Below are positions 9,784-18,596 of a stretch of 64,000 nt of DNA, one piece after another. The notes below the pieces were generated by a model. It saw only the letters and a list, made by a program, of their open reading frames with translations, ran no database searches and was not told the origin of the DNA. The position numbers were made by a program, and so were the translations under genes. The DNA is from Flammeovirgaceae bacterium UBA1842. Lineage in GTDB: Bacteria; Bacteroidota; Bacteroidia; Cytophagales; Cyclobacteriaceae. The stretch spans positions 2,830-66,829 of the forward strand of contig DDIU01000049.1 in assembly GCA_002338655.1 (NCBI GenBank), written 5' to 3'. The first letter of the stretch is position 1. Each line of letters opens with the position of its first letter.

Positions 9784-9813
9784 AAAGGCTCACAACTATT
9801 TGTGGGCCTTTTT
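9784..9813 (+). terminator. Rho-independent terminator after the desaturase
   Basis: AAGGCTCACA...TGTGGGCCTT stem followed by a T-run. Confidence 0.75.
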
Positions 9814-9846
9814 GTTGTTAATGGTATAAACTAAAACAAGAGTACA

Positions 9847-10455
9847 TTGAAAACACAAAAACAAACATTAATAGATAAGTCCCGATGGGATAATGCCATT
9901 AGTTATTCAGAATATCGTCAACTAATCGATGGTTTACTCGATCAGAAAAAGACTACTGGTGAAGACCATTCGGATAAAATGATTGAGTATACTCAGCTCA
10001 ACGTTCAGCGGATGTCTAAGTGGGATAAAATTTCCATAATCAATGATGAGCTTGCACTTGCGATTGAAAATATAACCAAAAAACAGCACTGGTTGATCAT
10101 TACTGAGGCATGGTGTGGTGATGCTGCTCAGAATATTCCAATAATCAGTAAGATGGCCGATTTAAATGAAAATATTGAGCTTAGATTTATTTTGAGAGAT
10201 GAAAATCTTGACATCATGGACAACTACCTGACCAATGGTGGGCGTTCCATTCCTAAATTAATCATCCTAGATGAAGATTTTAATGAACTAGGCACTTGGG
10301 GACCAAGGCCTGAACCCGTTCAAAAGTTACTTGCAGAGTTTAAAAGCAATCCAGAAGCCAGTTATGAAGATTTTGCTGTTATAGTACATACCTGGTATGG
10401 AAAAGATAGGAATGCGACCATACAAAAAGAATTTTTGAGTCTGTTGAGCAAGTAA
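9847..10455 (+). CDS. Thioredoxin-fold protein (Thioredoxin_9-like)
   Basis: TEAWCGDAAQ, LTNGGRSIPKLI and WGPRP. TTG start. Confidence 0.85.
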   Translation: MKTQKQTLIDKSRWDNAISYSEYRQLIDGLLDQKKTTGEDHSDKMIEYTQLNVQRMSKWDKISIINDELALAIENITKKQHWLIITEAWCGDAAQNIPIISKMADLNENIELRFILRDENLDIMDNYLTNGGRSIPKLIILDEDFNELGTWGPRPEPVQKLLAEFKSNPEASYEDFAVIVHTWYGKDRNATIQKEFLSLLSK

Positions 10456-10643
10456 TCAGGCATCAAATAAAGTACATTGATATATTAATTCATAACGTAT
10501 GTGACTTTTGTAAAATCGTGAGTCTAATAGGTTAATTAAAGTTGACCAATAGAAGCTAAAAAATTATTTAGTGAATTGAATAGATAGAATTAGAAACAAA
10601 GAAACTTATTCATATATTCATATCATCTATTGTTAGTAAAACG

Positions 10644-11249
10644 ATGATACATCCAAAAACTGAATTAAAATTCATCAATGATGAAATAGGCTACGGGGTA
10701 GTGGCTACAGATTTCATCCCTGCCGGCACCATTACTTGGGTACTGGACAAGTTGGACAAAGAGCTTACTCCTTCAGAGGTGGAGAAGCTCGACAAGCTCT
10801 ATCAAGATATTCTTGAGGTTTATTCATATCGAAACAGAGAAGGTAATTACATACTTTGTTGGGACAATGGTCGATTTGTCAATCATAGTTTCAACTCCAA
10901 TTGTTTTACTACGGCCTATGATTTTGAAATCGCCATTCGCGATATCAAACCAGGCGAGCAGTTAACTGATGACTATGGCTATTTGAATATTTCTGAACCC
11001 TTCAGGGCGGCTCCCGAAGGCACCAAGCGAAAGGTAGTATATCCTGATGACCTAGTACGCTATGCAAAGGTTTGGGACAAGAAACTGATTAGTCCATTCA
11101 AATCCATTCCTAAAAGGGATCAGCCACTCAGGGCCCTTATTGATAACCAAAAGTGGGAAATGATTGAGCAAATTTCTCAAGGAAAAATGGAGATGGATTC
11201 TTTACTTACCCTTTACTATCCTCAAGAGAATGCTAAAATGGTGGGATAA
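10644..11249 (+). CDS. Bacterial SET-domain protein
   Basis: IGYGVVATDFIPAG, RFVNHSFNSNC and IRDIKPGEQLTDDY correspond to SET motifs I, III and IV. Confidence 0.85.
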   Translation: MIHPKTELKFINDEIGYGVVATDFIPAGTITWVLDKLDKELTPSEVEKLDKLYQDILEVYSYRNREGNYILCWDNGRFVNHSFNSNCFTTAYDFEIAIRDIKPGEQLTDDYGYLNISEPFRAAPEGTKRKVVYPDDLVRYAKVWDKKLISPFKSIPKRDQPLRALIDNQKWEMIEQISQGKMEMDSLLTLYYPQENAKMVG

Positions 11250-11296
11250 AGTAAATTAAGTTGGCTTAATCCGTATGCTAATTACTATATTGGAGT

Positions 11297-11854
11297 ATGG
11301 AAGAACTCGCAGGAAGAACAGTAGAACATTCCAAAACCACCATAACTGAGTTGATGATCCCGTCATATGCCAATTTTGGGGGGAAAATTCACGGTGGTAT
11401 TCTGCTTTCCTTAATCGATAAGGTGGCTTATGCATGCGCTAGTAAGCATGCTGGCAATTATTGTGTAACCGTATCGGTAGACAGGGTGGAATTTCTGCAA
11501 CCTGTTGAGGTGGGTGATTTGGTATCCCTTCATGCTTCGGTCAATTATGTAGGCAACACCTCATTGGTCGTAGGTATAAAAATCATTGCCGAGAATGTGA
11601 AACTAGGTACCGTAAAACATACCAATACCTCTTACGTGACCATGGTAGCCAAAGGTGATGACCACCAACCAATAAAAGTACCACCACTTATTCTTGACAA
11701 ACAAATAGAGGTCAGAAGATTTGTGGAATCAATGAAGAGAAAAGAGCTCATGCAAACCTTTAATGACAAGATGGATGAAACCAAGTCTCAACTTGATACT
11801 GAAAAAGCATTGAAACTGTTAAAAAACCAACGCTGTATTATAGATTTGGATTAG
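11297..11854 (+). CDS. Hotdog-fold acyl-CoA thioesterase (YciA-like)
   Basis: ANFGGKIHGGILLSLID and VTVSVDRVEFLQPVEVG. Confidence 0.9.
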   Translation: MEELAGRTVEHSKTTITELMIPSYANFGGKIHGGILLSLIDKVAYACASKHAGNYCVTVSVDRVEFLQPVEVGDLVSLHASVNYVGNTSLVVGIKIIAENVKLGTVKHTNTSYVTMVAKGDDHQPIKVPPLILDKQIEVRRFVESMKRKELMQTFNDKMDETKSQLDTEKALKLLKNQRCIIDLD

Positions 11855-11859
11855 AAAAA

Positions 11860-14800
11860 CTACTCTATTAAGACTCTTTGAGTTAAAATTTCATAACCAC
11901 TTCCATCATAAACTTTTATTATATATTGTCCTATAGGAAGTGTTTTTACATTAATGTCCGTTTCTTTATCGAAGAATAATTTTTGCAGGTTATTGCCGCC
12001 CATATCATATAATTCCACCGATAACCCATTTCTACCTTCTTTGTCAATGATCTTGATCAATTCACTAGTGGGGTTGGGATACATCAACAAGCCACTGGTT
12101 TCTTTATCCGTGCTTAAGATTATCAACTGGCGTACAGTTATTTTACCATCCTCAACTAATGCAGCAATAGATACTTCCTTATCTTTAACTCCTTCACCTA
12201 TAGTAATATCCAAAAAGGACTCTTCATCCATCGGGTAGCCTGGATATTGAATATCGACATTATATTCACCTGGCTTTACACCAGAAATCAAAAATTCACC
12301 ATTATCATTGGTATAAACATAATAGGCCAGATCACCAGTTCCAGATGTTCTTGATGTCCTTCTGCCCCTTCTCATAGAAACCCCAACCCTTCTTACCCGC
12401 TCTCTTGCCTCTACTCTGCCACCTGTATCATCACGTTCCTCTTCCAAATATCCAGAAAAGACCCCCACATCCCCAACTGGGTTTGTGTAGATTACAGAAA
12501 CCAGATCAAGGTCAAAGTTATTGGCCAAGAACAATGTGTCCGCCTCAGCCCAGAAAGCTGTTCTTCCAGTTGTTTGATAATATGTGGGCAGTGCACCTTG
12601 ATGTTGTACCGTATCAGCAAATCCAACGATTAGATAATCAGCCAGCACCACACTACCAAAACTAAATTCCCCGATATTATTAATATCAACCACTGCAGTA
12701 GTATCATAACCATCACTCGCTGTCACTTTTAATAAAGTCATCTCGCCCTTTGTGGCTGGATCAGTATCATTAATCAAAAGTCTACCGGTAACTGATGCGG
12801 TACCAAATGCACTTTTCAAAGCGGAGGTCAGCACTAAACTAGGCACGGCACTGTTCTTTGCTTCACAGTAGTAGATCCCTTGATTTTCCCGACTGATGGA
12901 TTCAATCACTATTTGATTTCTAGTACTATCAGTTAATATATTGTCGTTTTTAAACCATTGGTAGGTATTACCGGTGCCATCTACTACAAATGACAATGTA
13001 ATAGGACTCCCAACGGGTATTTCTTCATTCTGTGGGGTATCAACAGGAGTTTGAGCCCCCACCACCAGACCTGGAATGGAACCAATAAGCTCAAAGTCTG
13101 CAAAATCCAAATTGTTATCAGATAGGTCAATACTTGTCAGTTTGGTCAACCCGGACAAATCTGCTTGTATTTCTGAGATCTTATTGCCACTTAAATCAAC
13201 GGTTAGCAATTCATTTAGCCCATTGAAAGAAGCGGGAATAACTCCTTCAAGGTTATTATTGTTGAGGTCAAGACCAGTTACCCGATCAGTAGCTACGGTT
13301 ACGCCAAACCAAGTGCTGACATCACCCGTTTTCCAATTTGTTTTATCTGTCCAAGCATCACCATTGGTCACATCATATAAATTTACCAATGCTAAGGAAT
13401 CGGCCTCCAATGAATTTGTGCCCATACCGTCATTTAAAAATATAATTGTTGGGCCGTAGGCTCCACCCATCACAAAATCATTGTTCCCATCATTATCAAA
13501 ATCACCAAAAACAGGTTTTGAATAATCATCGGAAATACTGATTAGATCATGATCAAAGGAAAAATTAGCAGACCCATCATTAATCCATACTGAGGTATTT
13601 GAAAAATACCTCGTTGTCATTAAATCCAAGTCACCATCACCATCTAAATCAGCTAAAGAATTACTATAACTTGTACCTGTGTCCACATTCTGACCACTGT
13701 CTGTAAATAAACCTGTTCCGTCATTTAAAAATACATAACTGTATACAGTACCCCCAGTTTCATAACCATTGGAGGCAAAAACGTCAAGGTCACTATCCCC
13801 ATCTAAATTTGCCAGGCTAACATCTGAAATATTAAAATTAGTACCCGATGGGACAATAAATGACCCTAATGTCATGTCACCTGAACCACCATTAAAAACA
13901 ACCCTTAAACCCGAAGTTCCATTGGCTATTATTGCATCAATGTCAGAGTCACCATCAATATCGCCTAATTCAAACTGACTTAGATCATCGGGTGAAATAT
14001 CAACATTAGATAACTCAGCAAAAGATAAACCTCCTTGATTAATAAATGTTTTAAGAAAATAAGTAAATGAGCCAGTCCTGACTAAACTAAAAATATCAAA
14101 ATCCCCATCCTTGTCCAAATCTTCCAACTTGAAGCCTCTAACATCAAATATCCCTTGGCCAATACTAGAATTATAAGTAAAGACCCCACTCGTATTCAAC
14201 CAAATTTCCAATCCTGGGTAATTGGTGCCATCGTCTATCGCTCTTACCAAATCTAAATCTCCGTCACCATCTAAATCCTTTAATTCCTGCTGGTTACTGT
14301 CCCCATCAATTTCTTGAGAAACAGTGAAGTTTTGTCCACTTCCATCATTCAGCCAAACCCTTGAACGTCCCGCTTGAACAATATCTAAGTTACCATCCTC
14401 ATCTACATCAGCAACATCAATGTCATAGCTAGTAGAAACTAAGGCTAGATCATTTGCACTTTTCACAAACGTAAAAGACCCTTGATTTTCAAATATTGAA
14501 ATATTAGTGCCAAATACTATAAAGTCAGTATCTGCATCAGCGTCAAAATCACCAGGTATTGATTGGCCAGGGAATTCATCTCTCAATGTAAACCCACCAA
14601 GACCGTCCCCTTGCATAACATAAGTAGAGTCATTTTCATTGGAAAGTACAATATCGTCAAAATTATCATTATTGATATCTGGTGTATGCACTAAATTAGG
14701 ATATTGCCCATTTAAAATAGAGATTGGCGTTTGGGGAGTAAAAACACCGTTTCCATCATTTAAAAAGGCTGTTATTTCAGAATCTGGATAAATAGAAGTT

Positions 14801-15876
14801 GCAATTACAAAATCCATATCACCATCATTATCAAAATCTGCTTCCTTAGCTTCACCTGAATTATTTGGAAAAATAATATGACTCCCTGCATCGGTAAACG
14901 TTCCTGTGCCGTTGTTAGTAAATAGCCTAATTCCATCATTAAAAGATCCATCAGGTGCCCTAAAAACAATGTCTGAATCCATATCTCCATCAAAATCAGC
15001 TACTACCAGTGCCCGATGCTGACCAGCATAATTACCCATCAATGGTGCGCCAGGTGCAGCCACAAAATCGAGATTGTTATTAATTAACACTTGTATTTCA
15101 GTACTTTCATTTTCTATTACGATGTCAGCATCACCATCGCCATCTAAATCCGCTAATATCAAATCATGGTTCAAATATTGATAACTCGTAACAGCTTGTT
15201 TAGTAAAATTACCACTGCCACCATTTAACCAAACTGCTAACTGAGTACTTGCACCGTATGGCCCATATTGTAAAAGGATATCCAAATCGCCATCGCCATC
15301 AAAATCAGCAACCGCACTTGACGATATTATATATAAGTTTTCAGTAGTAAGTTCAGTTTGGCTGAAGGATAAGCCACCCTCATTACTGAAAATAATGGGA
15401 TTGTTGATATAAGAAATATAAACGGCATCCAAATCACCATCTTTATCCATATCCCCGACATGAATATTTTGTGGATAAGGCAAGCCCAATTGTTGCACCT
15501 GTGTGAAAAATATGGTCTGTGCTTCCGTTCGGTTTGAACTGCCTGTTATGCCACTTTTCTTGTTCTCAATACGATGCTTAAATCTGTCTTTAAACTTGGT
15601 TTCCTTTTTCTCCTGTGCACTTGCCGCACTCACCACCACACCCATGGCCAATGCCAATGCCCAGTGTTTATAGCTCATTTTCAACTTCTCCCCTGTTCTA
15701 TTACTAAAACTTTGGATTTGCTTTTCTAAGCGTTTTAGTCTTTCAACTACTGTATATCTTTTGCGATTGGTTTTTTCTTGAAAGTAGCCCTCTTCAATAC
15801 CTTTTTGAAACCTTGCAGCTAACTTAGTGTGCTTGTCTTTGAGCCTTCTGAGGAGTTGTCGATTGATGTTGTTCAT
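11860..15876 (-). CDS. T9SS cargo: 14 FG-GAP/VCBS repeats, LRR, Ig-like, carboxypeptidase-regulatory-like domains and a type A CTD
   Basis: 14 D(x)DxDGDxD-type motifs counted, LDLNNNNLEG-type LRRs, YQWFKN Ig strand and a C-terminal MYPNPTSE...YIIK...LIE. The hydrophobic signal sits at aa 67-88. Confidence 0.88.
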   Translation of the reverse strand: MNNINRQLLRRLKDKHTKLAARFQKGIEEGYFQEKTNRKRYTVVERLKRLEKQIQSFSNRTGEKLKMSYKHWALALAMGVVVSAASAQEKKETKFKDRFKHRIENKKSGITGSSNRTEAQTIFFTQVQQLGLPYPQNIHVGDMDKDGDLDAVYISYINNPIIFSNEGGLSFSQTELTTENLYIISSSAVADFDGDGDLDILLQYGPYGASTQLAVWLNGGSGNFTKQAVTSYQYLNHDLILADLDGDGDADIVIENESTEIQVLINNNLDFVAAPGAPLMGNYAGQHRALVVADFDGDMDSDIVFRAPDGSFNDGIRLFTNNGTGTFTDAGSHIIFPNNSGEAKEADFDNDGDMDFVIATSIYPDSEITAFLNDGNGVFTPQTPISILNGQYPNLVHTPDINNDNFDDIVLSNENDSTYVMQGDGLGGFTLRDEFPGQSIPGDFDADADTDFIVFGTNISIFENQGSFTFVKSANDLALVSTSYDIDVADVDEDGNLDIVQAGRSRVWLNDGSGQNFTVSQEIDGDSNQQELKDLDGDGDLDLVRAIDDGTNYPGLEIWLNTSGVFTYNSSIGQGIFDVRGFKLEDLDKDGDFDIFSLVRTGSFTYFLKTFINQGGLSFAELSNVDISPDDLSQFELGDIDGDSDIDAIIANGTSGLRVVFNGGSGDMTLGSFIVPSGTNFNISDVSLANLDGDSDLDVFASNGYETGGTVYSYVFLNDGTGLFTDSGQNVDTGTSYSNSLADLDGDGDLDLMTTRYFSNTSVWINDGSANFSFDHDLISISDDYSKPVFGDFDNDGNNDFVMGGAYGPTIIFLNDGMGTNSLEADSLALVNLYDVTNGDAWTDKTNWKTGDVSTWFGVTVATDRVTGLDLNNNNLEGVIPASFNGLNELLTVDLSGNKISEIQADLSGLTKLTSIDLSDNNLDFADFELIGSIPGLVVGAQTPVDTPQNEEIPVGSPITLSFVVDGTGNTYQWFKNDNILTDSTRNQIVIESISRENQGIYYCEAKNSAVPSLVLTSALKSAFGTASVTGRLLINDTDPATKGEMTLLKVTASDGYDTTAVVDINNIGEFSFGSVVLADYLIVGFADTVQHQGALPTYYQTTGRTAFWAEADTLFLANNFDLDLVSVIYTNPVGDVGVFSGYLEEERDDTGGRVEARERVRRVGVSMRRGRRTSRTSGTGDLAYYVYTNDNGEFLISGVKPGEYNVDIQYPGYPMDEESFLDITIGEGVKDKEVSIAALVEDGKITVRQLIILSTDKETSGLLMYPNPTSELIKIIDKEGRNGLSVELYDMGGNNLQKLFFDKETDINVKTLPIGQYIIKVYDGSGYEILTQRVLIE

Positions 15877-16961
15877 GATGAAACAGTTTCATTTTCTTTT
15901 AATTCAGGATTTGACCAAAACACCTCATCTTTTGAGATCACAGAGGTTTTGTGCATTTGCTTGGCACTATTCAGAATATTGGGCCTCAATTTGCCTGGCA
16001 ACACCTTTAAATCAAATATCTCTTCTACTGATGTCTTATATAAAATATGTCCACAAGGTTGCCCTGTAGGTATGTATATCACTGTTATCCCACATACTAT
16101 AGATTTGTCTGCAATAGGTGCTTCTTTAAAAAGCGAACTGTTAGGCCTTAACTTAGATGTGGATACAAACAAATAATCCCCAATTTTATCCATCCCCCTT
16201 ACAAACCCATTGATTTGGGTAATAATGTCATATTTGCCTGTGTTCACATTCACCTTTATCACTTCGCCTGTGGCTGAAAGCAGCATCCAGAGTGAACCGT
16301 CATACAACCTTGGAGAATGTGGTACTGGTAAATTATCCAATATAATTTCATTGGAATCCAGATCAATCAGCACCCCTCCTTTCATCATATTGTCATTCCA
16401 CGATCGGGCAGCATTACCAGAACCCAATGCAGATACGTATTTTGGTTTGTGAGTAATTGGGTCAACTGCCAAACCATTCAAATGACATCGGTCTTCAGGT
16501 TTCAGATCAGTAATGAACGAAGGCCTCCAATATTCCTGAAAACTTAAGTTTTCATCAAACAATGAAAGGCAACTGAATAGGGTATTCACTCCCATCAGGC
16601 CTTCACTTGTGTAATGAATATCGTGTAAATCCAATGTACCTGTGTGGTAAGTTACCCTTGGAATAAATAGGCTGTCATATACGTTAGGGTTAGGTGGATA
16701 ATTTTTAGCCATTCCCACAGAATTAGTGGTAATAATCAATTCATCACGGGTGGCCAACGCAAAATTCTCTCCTTTGATGGTCATTCCCATGGGCTTATCA
16801 AAATTCCTGGGCAATTGAATAAGCTGATTCTCGTCCTTGGCTGAGAAAATCACCACTTTGCCTGTTTGATAGGTGCTTATGGCAAGAGAGCATTTTAGAC
16901 CAAGTAATAACTCTGGAATATTTGGTGTATACGTGTAACTAAATGGAGGAGGTGGAGTCAT
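15873..16961 (-). CDS. TIGR03032/DUF4915 family protein
   Basis: SLAISTYQTGKVV, LDLHDI, VNTLFSCL, PEDRCHLNGLA, PHSPRLY and GFVRG signature motifs. Confidence 0.92.
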   Translation of the reverse strand: MTPPPPFSYTYTPNIPELLLGLKCSLAISTYQTGKVVIFSAKDENQLIQLPRNFDKPMGMTIKGENFALATRDELIITTNSVGMAKNYPPNPNVYDSLFIPRVTYHTGTLDLHDIHYTSEGLMGVNTLFSCLSLFDENLSFQEYWRPSFITDLKPEDRCHLNGLAVDPITHKPKYVSALGSGNAARSWNDNMMKGGVLIDLDSNEIILDNLPVPHSPRLYDGSLWMLLSATGEVIKVNVNTGKYDIITQINGFVRGMDKIGDYLFVSTSKLRPNSSLFKEAPIADKSIVCGITVIYIPTGQPCGHILYKTSVEEIFDLKVLPGKLRPNILNSAKQMHKTSVISKDEVFWSNPELKENETVSS

Positions 16962-16970
16962 AAATTCTAA

Positions 16971-17456
16971 TCAATTTCTAGTCATTGTAAATACATTTTC
17001 ACCTCCCACAGCCGATTTACGACCTCCTTCGCCATAAACTGTTCCTTCCCATATAAAAGAAAAAATCAGTGAAGCTTCCGTGATTTCATCTATTGTAATG
17101 TCAACATTTGAAGTGGTTATTACCTTGGCAGTATCATCTTTAAACGACCAAGTATCGGTGTCATTAAAAACAATAGTACCGTTGGTGGAGGTGAAGCCAT
17201 TTTCAGAAAATGTAAGAGTAAACCCAGTAAATACTTCGGTATAGTCAATGTCATCTACTTTTACAGATAAAATATTCCATTGGGTGCCCGAAGTGGCGTC
17301 ACCTACTAGTAATTTTGTAACACGTTGAACTTCCGTTTCCGGGACTGGATCACTGCCACCACTTTTGCATGAAATACTTTGAAGTGTAACGGCTAAAATA
17401 AATACTGATAAGATGGTGCGCAAAATCATAACAGAAGGGTTTAGAAAATTTAACAA
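16971..17456 (-). CDS. Putative lipoprotein (lipocalin-like), unknown function
   Basis: Hydrophobic signal ending in LQSISC. The start may be at 17429. Confidence 0.65.
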   Translation of the reverse strand: MLNFLNPSVMILRTILSVFILAVTLQSISCKSGGSDPVPETEVQRVTKLLVGDATSGTQWNILSVKVDDIDYTEVFTGFTLTFSENGFTSTNGTIVFNDTDTWSFKDDTAKVITTSNVDITIDEITEASLIFSFIWEGTVYGEGGRKSAVGGENVFTMTRN

Positions 17457-17580
17457 GAAATATAGAAAAATTCTGAAAAGAATCCTAGATTAACTTATAT
17501 AATAACTATGTTTAATGTTCATTGGCCCGGCATGAGCGGTGTCTTTAATAGTTTGAAATATTAAAATAAGATCGTAACAT

Positions 17581-18321
17581 TTGCCAATGAAATTTTTTAA
17601 AGGGATTCATGTGGGCTACGCCTTTGTGGTATTCACCGTCCTATTCATTGTTCTGTTGCCCTTTTTTATGGTGCCGATTATATTTAAATCCCGATTTCAA
17701 TGGACGGGCGTATTAAATAGAATATGGGCTCGCTCATTTTTCACTTTAACTTTCTTTAAATACGACATAGAATATCGCTTTAAACCAAATAAAGATCAAC
17801 AGTATATATTTTGTCCCAATCACTTTTCCTATCTGGATATCCCCACAATGGGGCTGAATAAAATCAATGCTATTTTCGTAGGGAAGAACGATATGGAGCG
17901 GGTTCCGATTTTTGGGTTTATGTATAAAAAACTGCATATCACAGTGGATAGGAAAAGCCTGAAAAGTAAGTATTCTACTTTTGTAAGATCATTGCAGGCG
18001 TTGGATGATGGAAAAAATCTGATGATATTCCCTGAAGGGGGAATGCTTTCTCAAGAAGTACCTCGTATGGCTCGATTTAAAGATGGTGCATTCCGTGCTG
18101 CCATTGAGAAACAAATTCCAATCGTACCCGTCACTATTCCTTTTAATTGGATAATTTTGCCAGACGGAAGTTTTCAAGCCAATCAACATCTACTCAAGGT
18201 GGTTTATCATGAGCCAATTGAGACCAAGGGGATGACCTTGGATGACCTTAAAAGATTAAAGGAGAAAACGTTCGACACCATAGATTTAGAATTGAAATTT
18301 CAGTTAAATGAAAATCGATAA
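17581..18321 (+). CDS. plsC: 1-acyl-sn-glycerol-3-phosphate acyltransferase
   Basis: NHFSYLD (HxxxxD) and FPEGG motifs. Confidence 0.88.
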   Translation: MPMKFFKGIHVGYAFVVFTVLFIVLLPFFMVPIIFKSRFQWTGVLNRIWARSFFTLTFFKYDIEYRFKPNKDQQYIFCPNHFSYLDIPTMGLNKINAIFVGKNDMERVPIFGFMYKKLHITVDRKSLKSKYSTFVRSLQALDDGKNLMIFPEGGMLSQEVPRMARFKDGAFRAAIEKQIPIVPVTIPFNWIILPDGSFQANQHLLKVVYHEPIETKGMTLDDLKRLKEKTFDTIDLELKFQLNENR

Positions 18322-18595
18322 AGAATTACTAAATAAAACAGCTCATTTAGCAAGACTTGAATTTGATGATAGTGCCGCTGAAGAAATGATGTCGGATATG
18401 ACAAAAATTATCACCTGGGTTGAAAAATTAAATGAGGTCGATACTGAAAATGTAGCCCCGCTTACTACAATGTCTCACGAAATAAATGTGTTAAGAAATG
18501 ATGAGGTGAAGCCACATTTAAGTCATGAGCGTGCACTTAAAAATGCGCCTAAAAAGGATGCTGATTATTTCAGGGTCCCTAAAGTAATGGAGTAA
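18308..18595 (+). CDS. gatC: Asp/Glu-tRNA amidotransferase subunit C
   Basis: AHLARLEF, LNEVDTENV.P and LKNAP...YFRVPKV. Confidence 0.93.
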   Translation: MKIDKELLNKTAHLARLEFDDSAAEEMMSDMTKIITWVEKLNEVDTENVAPLTTMSHEINVLRNDEVKPHLSHERALKNAPKKDADYFRVPKVME

Positions 18596-18596
18596 C

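Noticed and set aside
11954-16452. Several plus-strand ORFs (69-127 aa) opposite the FG-GAP and TIGR03032 genes
   Set aside because: They are Ser/Pro-rich antisense frames produced by codon bias of the real genes.
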